Notes: generated by a model from the letters alone, not told the origin. A stretch of DNA of 64,000 nt from Chlamydiia bacterium (GCA_030427725.1 JAUICV010000002.1:545226-609225), one strand, 5' to 3'; positions 36,672 through 45,865 are shown, counted from the first letter of the stretch. Program-made: numbers and translations.

Positions 36672-37250
36672 ATGACAGTTGGAGCCAATTCTCGATATTG
36701 TTCTTTGCTTACACAATCTGATTTAAGTTATGCAGAGTGGATAAGGATTGAAAGCTTAAATGATCAGATCTATACTTTGGCAGAGAGAAGTTTTAAACAA
36801 GCAAATAGCTTGCAAATTTTTGTAGCTTCCTTAGAACAAAATCCTAAGATTAGTGAATCCATGCAAATAACTAGAAGGACGTTTTGTGTAAAATGCATAG
36901 AATTTGCAGGAATCTCTTTTGGGCAATTTGCTGAGAACTCTGGAGTCTCTTCGAAAATCACTCAAGAAATTGCAGAGCAAGGGTTAAATGAGAGAGAAAG
37001 AGTTGCTCTGGATGGTTTTTATTATCACCAAGCGAGCATTGGAGCTACAGTTGATCAATCAATCGAAATAGCATTGAAAATAGCGAAAGGACCTTTTAGG
37101 TGTACGGCTTTTTATAATATCCTGCTAAATAATTCCGGGATGTCTGAGGAAGTATTAATGGAAAAAACAGAGATGTTTGAGCAAAGCGATGTTAAGGCAG
37201 GTTTTTATCTTTTTTTAGCAAAAAAGGCAATTAATAATAATAACAGTTAA
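36672..37250 (+). CDS. CxxC helical paralog family, member B (ends at an in-frame TAA that cuts off a conserved tail)
   Basis: 192 aa. RBS taggaggaaaacatatATG. Motifs FCVKCIEFAGISF and GFYLFLAKKAI. The 35 codons after the stop still match the member A tail. Confidence 0.6.
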   Translation: MTVGANSRYCSLLTQSDLSYAEWIRIESLNDQIYTLAERSFKQANSLQIFVASLEQNPKISESMQITRRTFCVKCIEFAGISFGQFAENSGVSSKITQEIAEQGLNERERVALDGFYYHQASIGATVDQSIEIALKIAKGPFRCTAFYNILLNNSGMSEEVLMEKTEMFEQSDVKAGFYLFLAKKAINNNNS

Positions 37251-37370
37251 AAAGCTGCTGAATATCTAAAGCTTGTTGATGAAAGTTGTAGATCTTATAG
37301 AACATACAAAGAGGTGGTGGACATGTTGAGTAGTGAAAGGGGTCTTCTCTTTGTTTAACAAGGATGGTTT

Positions 37371-37533
37371 TTAGCTTGAATAAGAGGCTTTTGCCATCTT
37401 ATTCAAGCTGTGAATACGAAGTAACGTTTCTAGCTTTTGGTTGTTAATTTTTTTATATGACAGTCTTTCTCCAAAGATCAACTTCAATCTAGAGAAAAAG
37501 GTTTCAACAAGGCCAGTGAAAGGTGAGCGGAAC
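37371..37533 (-). mobile_element. Remnant of a DDE transposase C-terminus (IS5/IS4-superfamily-like), non-functional
   Basis: The lower part of ORF 37371..37673 reads RFRSPFTGLVETFFSRLKLIFGERLSYKKINNQKLETLLRIHSLN. This resembles the R..VE.fF..LK......Y.K motif around the catalytic Glu of IS5-like transposases. There is no upstream body, because lptB occupies that space. Confidence 0.35.
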
Positions 37534-38259
37534 CTAATAAGAGAACTCGTGTCCAAGGTAATACTTCCTGACATCTGGATTTTCAGATAGCTCTTTTGGA
37601 GTCCCAGAGAAAACAGCTCGACCATCTTGAATAAGATAACTTCGATCAACAATAGAAAATATTTCTCTTGCATTGTGATCGGTGATTAGAACACTGATGC
37701 CTTTTTCTTTTAAGAGTCTAATAACTGTTTTAACTTCTTGGATAGTGATCGGATCGATATTAGCAAAAGGCTCATCTAACAGGAGGAGTTTAGGGTTTGT
37801 GACAAGAGCTCTAGTAATTTCTAGGCGCCTTCGTTCTCCACCAGACAAGGTGCAAGCGAGTTTTTTTGCAAGATGTGATAAATTGAGTTCTTGTAGTAGT
37901 TCTTTGAGTCTTGTTTTTCTGAAAGTTTTATCGGGTGAAAAAATTTCTAAAATACTCAATATATTTTGCTCAACTGTCATTGAGCGAAATATAGAGGGCT
38001 CTTGCGCTAAATATCCCATTCCTAGTTGAGCTCTTTTGTGTACAGGGAGTTTTGTTATCTCGCTCCCTTCAAAATAGACTTGACCGCTATCGCTTTTGAT
38101 AAGGCCCATAGTTAAATAAAATGCTGTTGTTTTACCAGCCCCGTTAGGGCCAATAATTCCAACAACTTCTCCTGGAAAGATCTTAAGACAAAGATCTTTT
38201 AAGATTGTTTTTTTACTATAAGATTTGGCTAGGCCTTTTGCTTCAAAAAGAGGGGTCAT
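37534..38259 (-). CDS. lptB: LPS export ABC transporter ATP-binding protein LptB
   Basis: 241 aa. Walker A GPNGAGKTT, signature LSGGERRRLEI, Walker B LLLLDEPF. Confidence 0.9.
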   Translation of the reverse strand: MTPLFEAKGLAKSYSKKTILKDLCLKIFPGEVVGIIGPNGAGKTTAFYLTMGLIKSDSGQVYFEGSEITKLPVHKRAQLGMGYLAQEPSIFRSMTVEQNILSILEIFSPDKTFRKTRLKELLQELNLSHLAKKLACTLSGGERRRLEITRALVTNPKLLLLDEPFANIDPITIQEVKTVIRLLKEKGISVLITDHNAREIFSIVDRSYLIQDGRAVFSGTPKELSENPDVRKYYLGHEFSY

Positions 38260-38861
38260 AAAACCTTCCTCAAAGCGTTTGAGCTTGTTGCTGCATCAAA
38301 ACAAGAGGCTTCAAAACTAGGCTTATGGTGTTTGAAAGAAAGTAGTGCGTTGTAGGCCCTCCCTTGAAAATAGGGCTTGTCTTGAAAAGGAAAAGTTTCT
38401 AAAGCAGCTTTTGTTAAATCAAAAAAAGACAGGTCCACTTGTTTTGCTCCAAAGCTGTTTTTTTTATAGTCATATAGGCCTTCTCTTGCATAGATTACCT
38501 TGACGTGGTGGATTTTTCCCCCAGAAGTGTCTGTTGAAACAGCCTCATCAAGAACACACTTGGCATCTTGCATTTTTTCGGTTATGTGGTGTTTGTGGTC
38601 TATGTCTTCCAAAAAAAGAGTTGAGGATTTAGCAAAAATTTTAGAGTGGAGATAGTCCTCTTTGTCTTTTTGCCAAATATCTTTTTTTATGCCTGTTTTT
38701 TCAATTTTTATTTTTTGAGAGCTCTTAGGGATTGTTTGATGATCTTTTATAAAACGCTCATAATTTTTTATGTCTTTGGGCTGAACATAAAAATAATAAT
38801 AAAACAAGTAGCCCAAAGCTAAGGAAAGAAAAGCTAGTGTTGAAAAAAAGGTTTTTTTCAT
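38256..38861 (-). CDS. Membrane-anchored protein, LptC/LptA-like by position
   Basis: 201 aa. N-terminal TM FFSTLAFLSLALGYLFYYYFYV. Located between kdsA and lptB, with a 4-nt overlap with lptB. Confidence 0.4.
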   Translation of the reverse strand: MKKTFFSTLAFLSLALGYLFYYYFYVQPKDIKNYERFIKDHQTIPKSSQKIKIEKTGIKKDIWQKDKEDYLHSKIFAKSSTLFLEDIDHKHHITEKMQDAKCVLDEAVSTDTSGGKIHHVKVIYAREGLYDYKKNSFGAKQVDLSFFDLTKAALETFPFQDKPYFQGRAYNALLSFKHHKPSFEASCFDAATSSNALRKVL

Positions 38862-38870
38862 AAAACGTTT

Positions 38871-39689
38871 TTAAGCAAGATTGTAAATTTGCACTAAAGT
38901 CCTTAGTAAAGGCTTTAGGTCTTTAAAGTCTATAACTGATGTTTTATCACACAAAGCATTTTGGGGGCTGTTATGAGACTCCATATATAGTAAGTTGCAT
39001 CCAGATGCGACAGCAGCCTTTGCCAAAACAGGGATGAACTCTCTTTGCCCTCCAGAAGAGCTTCCAAGACCTCCTGGCAATTGAACAGAGTGAGTGGCGT
39101 CGAAGCAAACAGGATAGCCTAATTCTTGCATAATTGGGATAGCTCGCATGTCTGAGACTAAGTTGTTATATCCAAAGCTTGTTCCACGATCTGTCAAAAT
39201 GATCTTTTTGTTACCAGTAGACGCAATTTTTTCTACGACGTTTTTCATGTCCCAAGGAGCCATAAATTGGCCTTTTTTGACATTGATAATGCTTTTAGTC
39301 TTCCCGGCAGCAAGTAAAAGATCTGTTTGTCTACACAAAAAGGCTGGGATCTGCATGATTTCACAAACCTGGCTAACAGGTTCAGCATGCTCAGGAAGAT
39401 GAATATCTGTAAAAACAGGGACATTAAATGTAGTTTTTACTTTATCTAAAATGTTTAAACCTTCTTCAAGGCCAGGCCCTCTGTAACTGTCAACAGATGA
39501 TCGGTTAGCCTTATCAAAGCTTGATTTATAAATAAAAGATATATCTAAGCTTTCGCAAATTTCTTTTAAAGTCTCACAAGTGCTCAGCGCATGATCTAGA
39601 TTTTCAATAACGCATGGACCTGTGATAAGCGTTAATCTTTTTTTATCACCGATTTCAAAATCTCTTAGTGGAATTGTTTTGATGGGCAT
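38871..39689 (-). CDS. kdsA: 2-dehydro-3-deoxyphosphooctonate aldolase (KDO-8-P synthase)
   Basis: 272 aa. GPCVIE, KSSFDKANRSS, FDATHSVQ, and QREF motifs. Confidence 0.93.
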   Translation of the reverse strand: MPIKTIPLRDFEIGDKKRLTLITGPCVIENLDHALSTCETLKEICESLDISFIYKSSFDKANRSSVDSYRGPGLEEGLNILDKVKTTFNVPVFTDIHLPEHAEPVSQVCEIMQIPAFLCRQTDLLLAAGKTKSIINVKKGQFMAPWDMKNVVEKIASTGNKKIILTDRGTSFGYNNLVSDMRAIPIMQELGYPVCFDATHSVQLPGGLGSSSGGQREFIPVLAKAAVASGCNLLYMESHNSPQNALCDKTSVIDFKDLKPLLRTLVQIYNLA

Positions 39690-39753
39690 GGCATTTCCTT
39701 TATAGGTTTATGAAGGAAATTATAAAGCCTTAAAGCTCCAAAATCAAAACAAA

Positions 39754-40410
39754 TTAAGGGGAGGTTAATATTTCGGAGTCAAAAACATCTTCCATAGTAT
39801 ATAGACCAGGAGTTTGGTGAGTTAGCCATTTAGCTGCGTGTAAAGCTCCTTTGGCATAAGGGATTCTGCTTTTTGAGCTATGAGATAAGGAGATGGTCTC
39901 ATGTTCACTTGAAAATTCTACCTTATGACTGCAGGAAAAATAAGGGGTTCTTTGAGTGTGAATGTTTAATTCTTCGGAATCATTGAAAACGGTCTTGATA
40001 AGTTCTAGAGTGGTCCCTGAGGGGCTATCTTTTTTAGAGCGGTGGTGTGACTCAAAAAGATCTACTTGAAAGTCTTCTAAAAGAGGTTTTGAGGACTTTA
40101 AAACATGTACTAAATAATTCATCCCAAAGGAAAAGTTGCTAGCGTGCAAAATAGGGATCTGAAAGGCTGCTGTCTTTAGTTTGTCAAAATGAGGTTCTAA
40201 AAGACCTGTTGTTCCACTGATAAAAGGTGTGTTTGTTTCTAGGGCCAAAGAAAGCGCTTTTACCATACCATCGGGGCTAGAGAAATCGATGATAACATCA
40301 ATTGGATCAGAAATGCTTCGCTCTAAAGTAAATATTGGACTGTTTGAAATCTCTTGAGTTAGAGTTTGTCCCATTTTTCCAGTTAGACCCATCACATATA
40401 CATTTAACAT
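39754..40410 (-). CDS. dapB: 4-hydroxy-tetrahydrodipicolinate reductase (short form)
   Basis: 218 aa. N-terminal VMGLTGKMGQ Rossmann motif, FISGTTG, and ESHHRSKKDSPSGT (the E.HH..K.DaPSGT catalytic motif). Confidence 0.8.
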   Translation of the reverse strand: MLNVYVMGLTGKMGQTLTQEISNSPIFTLERSISDPIDVIIDFSSPDGMVKALSLALETNTPFISGTTGLLEPHFDKLKTAAFQIPILHASNFSFGMNYLVHVLKSSKPLLEDFQVDLFESHHRSKKDSPSGTTLELIKTVFNDSEELNIHTQRTPYFSCSHKVEFSSEHETISLSHSSKSRIPYAKGALHAAKWLTHQTPGLYTMEDVFDSEILTSP

Positions 40411-40537
40411 AAGCGTCCTTTATAAAATTTACTCTTAGGGTAAAAAAAGATTCGAGATTTTGCAATCGTAAAAAAATATAGTTAAAGAAAAAGACATGCA
40501 TGCATATAGTCCCCCTCTTTTTTTTAGGAGAAAGCTG

Positions 40538-41971
40538 ATGACTACAACTACGATAAAGAGCTCAGAGCTTTGCAAGATCTTTGGTGAGCCTGAATCATAT
40601 GGACAACAAGAGCATTCAGCCCATTGGGCGCAAGCAAAAGATTCCATGCAGCGATGTCTTGAAACACGTGGAATGGGAAACGCTCCTTTGGAGTACTTTT
40701 TAAAGCATGCAGTAGTAGATCTTAAAGAGTGGATTACTTCCAAAGAAACTTTAGATGTTTGTGACAGGTGTGCTTCGCTTGCTGCGAATTTTTTTGTAAA
40801 GGATATCCCGAGAGATGTTCCTCGGATAGAATCAGCTATTAAAATCTGCGAAGGTTCACCCCTGGGATTGTTTGCTAAAGATCAACTTTTAAAAAGGCTT
40901 GTTACATTCTACCTCTCAAATGATGAGATAGATAAAGCCGAAATAGAAGCTGCAAAAATAGAGCAAAGTGATATCAAATGTTTCGTTTACCAAAAAATTT
41001 ACAGAGAGAGGATTAAGCGTTTTGGGATAGATTCTGCTATTAGCTCCGCTGAGATAAAGATTGGAGAAAGGGATAAGGAGGCATTAACAGTAGCTCTTTT
41101 GATAATTGTTCATCATTTGCTAAAGAGTGGCAGTGTTCAAGACGCTGCTATTTTTATTGAAGGTTTATTAACAGCGGGTTTGTTAGGTGAATTTGAAATA
41201 AAAACGGTTTTAGAGTCAGCATTGCAGAAATCTTTAGAAGCTGGAGATGTAGAATATGTTGACTACTATGTAAGTAAAATGGAGCTTAGCTCATCAGAGG
41301 CTTTTCTTCGTGTGATCGTTTCTCGTCTTGAGTGCCCACAAGACGCAAATCAAATAGTTGGACTTTTTTCTTCTTATATTGATGAAGTTGATACACTGGC
41401 ATCAGAATCTCGCTTAGATAAGCAGTTTATTCAGATGTTAATTCAAGCTTTTAGTGAGCTAGAAGATATTGAAGCTTTAGAAGGGCTGTTTGAAAAGATA
41501 GAAGAGCAAGACCAAAAGTTCGCTGTGAAAATAGCAATTTTGGGAATACTGCGGAAAAGAAAAGAGACTGGAGCAGTTGTTAGAGTAGCTTTACAAGCTT
41601 CAACATTAGATATAGCCCCCATAAAGAGAGTTAAGACTTTAAGAGGGTGTATCTTTAGCTCTTTGTTAAATAACGATCTAAAGTCTGCTGTAAGCTTGTT
41701 TAAAACAATTGAAGAGCTTCGAGGAAAGGCCTCTGTCTTTGATTTAGATTGCCTTGAGGATCAAGAAGAATTTATAGCTCTATCTAGATCCTATCTATTT
41801 TTGGCTTACAGATTGGAAACAGGATGTGAAGGTTATCTTGTTCTTGCTGAAGCACTTTCTGAAATGGTTGAAAATCCAAAAGTAGAACTCCCAGAAGATC
41901 TAAAAGCAGAAATTTCAGAAATTCTAGATGAACAAGTAGTAAGTCAGTTTTCAAGCTTGAATGTAAATTAG
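40538..41971 (+). CDS. CxxC helical paralog family, member C (long form)
   Basis: The ORF track starts at 40496. ATG 40538 follows taggagaaagctg. Motifs VCDRCASLAANFF and DIKCFVYQKIY. Long helical repeat-like C-terminal extension. Confidence 0.6.
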   Translation: MTTTTIKSSELCKIFGEPESYGQQEHSAHWAQAKDSMQRCLETRGMGNAPLEYFLKHAVVDLKEWITSKETLDVCDRCASLAANFFVKDIPRDVPRIESAIKICEGSPLGLFAKDQLLKRLVTFYLSNDEIDKAEIEAAKIEQSDIKCFVYQKIYRERIKRFGIDSAISSAEIKIGERDKEALTVALLIIVHHLLKSGSVQDAAIFIEGLLTAGLLGEFEIKTVLESALQKSLEAGDVEYVDYYVSKMELSSSEAFLRVIVSRLECPQDANQIVGLFSSYIDEVDTLASESRLDKQFIQMLIQAFSELEDIEALEGLFEKIEEQDQKFAVKIAILGILRKRKETGAVVRVALQASTLDIAPIKRVKTLRGCIFSSLLNNDLKSAVSLFKTIEELRGKASVFDLDCLEDQEEFIALSRSYLFLAYRLETGCEGYLVLAEALSEMVENPKVELPEDLKAEISEILDEQVVSQFSSLNVN

Positions 41972-42005
41972 AAAATTTCAACTAATTATTATCCGGGGTT
42001 AAAGG

Positions 42006-43031
42006 ATGTCTGTGCAACAACAAATGGCCTTAGGTCAACAACAGCTAAGAAGGTTTTATTGTAAAAATCCTGAAATGTCTCAAATTTCTTTAGTGCAAAA
42101 CGCTTTAACCAAACGCCTTGGACGCCTTGGAAGGGTTTATGAGGAGTTGGAGCCAACGCTAAAGAAAGATGAGGGTTTCTGTAATAGATGCATTATTTCG
42201 TTGGCAGAGAGGGTTTTTAGTGAGTTAGATAAAACAAAAGATATCAGAGCTCTTAATGTTCATATCTTAAATTTTGAACCGGGGGAACATGAAGGTAAAT
42301 TGTTTTTCAAAGATGTTTTATGTAAAATACTCTCGATAGAAAATGTCTTTTTCAATCAATTGGATAAGGCTAAAGTAATAGCTGCTATTATACTTGACAA
42401 AGAAGAAAAAAAATCAGCTCTGGATTTTATTAAAGAATTCGAAAACCCCTATATTACAGAGGGTACAGTTGTAGAAGGGCAAGTCTTTGAACGTATCCAA
42501 AATGCTATTTTAAAAAGACAGTCAGACCAGGCTCTCTATTTGATTAAAAAGCTATGTCCAAACTCGCATGTTAGCCTTCGAGGGATTGAGCGATTCATAA
42601 GTTTTCTTCTGGAACATGATGAAATAGATCTAGCGGCAGATATAGCAGAGCGGTGCCTAGCTGACGATAAGACAAAATCAGTTGCTTTAGAAAAGGTTGT
42701 GAGTAATCTTAAAAGATCTAAGGCTGATTATTCAATTAAACTTGCTATAGATCTTGCAAAAAAAATGCCATTGTCCGAGATGAAAGTTGGGTGTTATAAG
42801 GATTTGTTTTTGACGTGTGTAGAGGACGGATTGTTAGTCTCAGCTGAGGCTATATGCGATTATATGCGCTTAGAAATGAGTGATCAAGATGTGGCCTATT
42901 GGTTCTTGTGGCTGAAAAAAGAGGCTGAAAAGGTTCAAAATGAAGCTTTGGTTAAATCTCTTTCATGTAAGTTAGACTCCCTAAATGGGCTAATAGAGCC
43001 TTCTAAGGCAAGAATCTGTAGTGAAGTTTGA
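42006..43031 (+). CDS. CxxC helical paralog family, member D
   Basis: 341 aa. Motif FCNRCIISLAERVF at a position equivalent to that in A-C. Helical repeat-like remainder. Confidence 0.6.
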   Translation: MSVQQQMALGQQQLRRFYCKNPEMSQISLVQNALTKRLGRLGRVYEELEPTLKKDEGFCNRCIISLAERVFSELDKTKDIRALNVHILNFEPGEHEGKLFFKDVLCKILSIENVFFNQLDKAKVIAAIILDKEEKKSALDFIKEFENPYITEGTVVEGQVFERIQNAILKRQSDQALYLIKKLCPNSHVSLRGIERFISFLLEHDEIDLAADIAERCLADDKTKSVALEKVVSNLKRSKADYSIKLAIDLAKKMPLSEMKVGCYKDLFLTCVEDGLLVSAEAICDYMRLEMSDQDVAYWFLWLKKEAEKVQNEALVKSLSCKLDSLNGLIEPSKARICSEV

Positions 43032-43101
43032 TGTGGAGATTTTCTGAGAAAAAGGTTGAAAAACATTTGGTTTTCAGATTAGAATAACGCCATCCATTTG
43101 A

Positions 43102-43175
43102 GGACCGGTAGCTCAGCTGGATAGAGCACCCGCCTTCTAAGCGGGCGGTCGCAGGTTCGAATCCTTCCCGGTCCG
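43102..43175 (+). tRNA. tRNA-Arg (anticodon TCT)
   Basis: GGACCGGTAGCTCAGCTGGATAGAGCACCCGCCTTCTAAGCGGGCGGTCGCAGGTTCGAATCCTTCCCGGTCCG. Acceptor GGACCGG/CCGGTCC, anticodon loop CTTCTAA, one C:T mismatch in the T-stem. Confidence 0.9.
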
Positions 43176-43200
43176 TTTTTTTACATTCAAGATCGACATT

Positions 43201-45819
43201 ATGCAGGAAAACGACACTCAATATCTTGGCGATTATGTCTTTGAAAAAAGATGTTTCGATGACGTTGAAGAGTTGTTTTCTCAGTTTTCTTCTGACGATT
43301 TCAAAAAAAGTCCTCTTTATAAACAAAAAGAACTTGTTAATAAAAAACTTTATGAGTTGATTAAATCTCATGCTTCTAGAGAGTTTTTGTTTTTAGAAGT
43401 TATCGATTTCATCCATAGAGTAAGAGACCAAAATTTAGTTGAGCGTTACAATTTAATAGATTTTGAGCTTTGGCTGAATCAATTTTCAAAACTAGAGCCT
43501 AGTGAAAATTATTATATTAGAGGCCTAATAGCAGGGAAGTTTATCCCTAGGGATGACTATCAGCTGCTGTTCCCCATAGGAATGGGAAAAACTTATGAAG
43601 GGTCTCATATCGTTACAGCTCATGCATCTCCTGACTTAGATACAATTGTAGCTTCCTTTTGGGGATGGATGGATGCGTTTTCTGCTAGGGTGTCTAAGGG
43701 ACTTCATATTTGGAATGTTCCAGGAGGACCTCCAGCTTCTCACGTTGAAGTTGAGCAGCTTTTTTACAACATCATGGGAAACCATGTGTTTGATTATCTC
43801 TCGAAATCAAGGTCTCAGTTGTCTCTAACGAGTCTTGATCTGATGACTCAAGATGACTTCGTTGTCAGGAAGAAAGAAGATCATTCGTTAAACTCCGCGA
43901 CTGAGAGATCAGCGGGAGTTGTCATTGTAGATGATGAAGGGTATTATCTAGGTGACTGGAGATCATTTGATGTCGAGAGTGTTAGACAAGTTATTATGTC
44001 TTTAAACTCTTGTATTAGATGGTTAGAGTCGGAATTAAGGGTGCAGCTCATTACGCTTTTTGCTGAAGAGGCTCCTGGAAAAGACAAGGTGATGTCCTTT
44101 GCTAAAGAGTCTTATTGTATTAAGATCAAAGAATGTGAACCCTTTAAAGAATTTACTGAGAAGCAAGTTAAGCTTTTGGATGGATATTTAAAAGTTGTTT
44201 TGAGAACAGAGAAGGGCGTTGAAGCGTCTTTTGAAGAATTTTCTAAAGCATTACTTGAGCTTCAAATTGTTGATTTTACCCACTTTCAAAGAAACTTAGA
44301 GAATTTAGCTTCCTCAGAGTTGTTTAATCAAGCTGGGGAATTTGTAGAAAATAGACCATCACTTTTTCATTATTTAGAAAAGATAGTTAAAGAACTCAAC
44401 GAAGTATTCAAATCCTTTAGATTATATGTAGATACGTTAGATATTGCCCACAAGGTTAAGACTCATGTTTTTGGCTATGAACCGCAATATTTACCTCATA
44501 GAACGGATGTTGAAGAGATTCTAACCAAGATGGGATCATATCCATATCTGACTGTGAACATGCCTGCGCCAAATGACAAACAAATTCCAGTAGGCATTGT
44601 AAAAGCAGCTGATTTGAAAAAAAGAATTTTAGGAACGGCAACTCTTAGAGATTTTTGTAATAGAGATGAGACAAAAGTCCCTCCTTATTTTGAAGTTATA
44701 TCAGTCATTGATCATCATAAATCATCGATCTCTACAAGCTCAGCTCCAACGGCTACTTTAACTGATGCTCAATCCGCAAACGCAGTCGTTGCTCAGTTTG
44801 CTTTTGCTATTCATGATAAGTACTCAAAATCTGGGATGGATGAAGCGTCCGTTTCTACTCAATTTGATGAAAGGCAAAAAACAGCAAAGACCGCTACTGA
44901 TTTTAGATGTCTACGTAACCTTCTAATGAAAAAAGAAGCATATCTTCAAAGTAAAGATTACTTCGTATCAGATCAAAGGCAGGTCTTGGAGTATACTCAG
45001 TATATTTTTGCAATACTTGATGATACGGATCTTCTAACGAAAGTCTCATATAGAGATGTTATGAGTATGAAGGGCCTACTGAACAGACTCAAGACTCTGA
45101 TCTTAAAAAAAGAAACTGAAGTTGTTGATTTTGACGATCTTAAAAAAGATGAAAAGTTTGTTGAAAATGCTGCTAAAAAGCTCCTTCAGAACAAAGATTT
45201 ATACTCGTTATATAGTAAAGTCTATTCGAAAAAGGAACAGGTTGTAGAGGATAATTTAAAGCTGTGTGCAGAAGGGAAAGAGTCAAATATCTTTGTTGAT
45301 ACGAAGATTCAAAATGGCTGCGCAAGGGTTGGGCAAACGAAGATTTTCGCTAAAAATTATCCGTTCTTTTATGACAGAAAAAATCAAGTCAGAGATCTCT
45401 GGTTTAAGGAGTCCTGTCAGGTGATTGAAGATCATCCACAAATTGATCTTCATATGCATATGATTTCAACTGTTGCGAGTGCAGAAGAGCTTTTCAAAGG
45501 AGAAAGAGATACATATCTTCATAAAGATGAAATGTGGATATGGATACCAGAAACAGAGCTAGCCGTAGAGCACTTAAAGTACTTTTTATCTGTCTTCAAG
45601 AAATCGCCTAAAATGATTTCTAATGATGTAGAGCTAAAATTCTATGGACCAAGATCTAAAGAGTTTTCAACGATCTTTAAAGAGAGTTTCGTTAAAACGA
45701 AAGAAACATTCTCTGAAGAAAAATTAGAAGCAAGTTACGCTGTGATTTATTATAACGCAGGGTCTATTAACTCTAGAAAAGCGGCAGTATCGCCATATCT
45801 TCCTAAAGTAAGCACATAA
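43201..45819 (+). CDS. Large DHH-family phosphoesterase-like protein with CBS-like insert
   Basis: 872 aa. DHH motif I HASPDLDTIVAS and motif III VISVIDHHK lie about 360 aa apart. The insert contains CBS-like strands (GVVIVDDEGYYLGDW and IPVGIVKAADL). Confidence 0.5.
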   Translation: MQENDTQYLGDYVFEKRCFDDVEELFSQFSSDDFKKSPLYKQKELVNKKLYELIKSHASREFLFLEVIDFIHRVRDQNLVERYNLIDFELWLNQFSKLEPSENYYIRGLIAGKFIPRDDYQLLFPIGMGKTYEGSHIVTAHASPDLDTIVASFWGWMDAFSARVSKGLHIWNVPGGPPASHVEVEQLFYNIMGNHVFDYLSKSRSQLSLTSLDLMTQDDFVVRKKEDHSLNSATERSAGVVIVDDEGYYLGDWRSFDVESVRQVIMSLNSCIRWLESELRVQLITLFAEEAPGKDKVMSFAKESYCIKIKECEPFKEFTEKQVKLLDGYLKVVLRTEKGVEASFEEFSKALLELQIVDFTHFQRNLENLASSELFNQAGEFVENRPSLFHYLEKIVKELNEVFKSFRLYVDTLDIAHKVKTHVFGYEPQYLPHRTDVEEILTKMGSYPYLTVNMPAPNDKQIPVGIVKAADLKKRILGTATLRDFCNRDETKVPPYFEVISVIDHHKSSISTSSAPTATLTDAQSANAVVAQFAFAIHDKYSKSGMDEASVSTQFDERQKTAKTATDFRCLRNLLMKKEAYLQSKDYFVSDQRQVLEYTQYIFAILDDTDLLTKVSYRDVMSMKGLLNRLKTLILKKETEVVDFDDLKKDEKFVENAAKKLLQNKDLYSLYSKVYSKKEQVVEDNLKLCAEGKESNIFVDTKIQNGCARVGQTKIFAKNYPFFYDRKNQVRDLWFKESCQVIEDHPQIDLHMHMISTVASAEELFKGERDTYLHKDEMWIWIPETELAVEHLKYFLSVFKKSPKMISNDVELKFYGPRSKEFSTIFKESFVKTKETFSEEKLEASYAVIYYNAGSINSRKAAVSPYLPKVST

Positions 45820-45855
45820 AAAAACCCTCAAAACAGATCATCTTGAGGGTCTTTT
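45818..45855. terminator. Bidirectional hairpin terminator between the convergent genes
   Basis: A-run, CCCTCAA (45825..45831) / TTGAGGG (45843..45849), then TCTTTT. Confidence 0.7.
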
Positions 45856-45865
45856 ACAGGAATTC

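Noticed and set aside
37534-37673. Upper part of the 100-aa ORF 37371..37673
   Set aside because: It overlaps the 3' end of lptB in another frame. Only the part downstream of lptB shows transposase-like sequence.
40307-40743. Minus-strand ORFs of 64 and 102 aa between dapB and family member C
   Set aside because: They overlap dapB or member C in other frames and have Cys/Phe-rich odd composition with no RBS.
43102-43175. tRNA-Arg, and likewise tRNA-Gly at 26661..26732, as an integration site of a genomic island or prophage
   Set aside because: There is no integrase, phage gene or obvious direct repeat of the tRNA 3' end nearby. The flanking genes are either chlamydial core synteny or the orphan family.
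43003-43371. 122-aa minus-strand ORF
   Set aside because: It overlaps tRNA-Arg (43102..43175) in antisense and the start of the DHH-family gene. The peptide EGFEPATARLEGGCSIQLSY is a translated tRNA.
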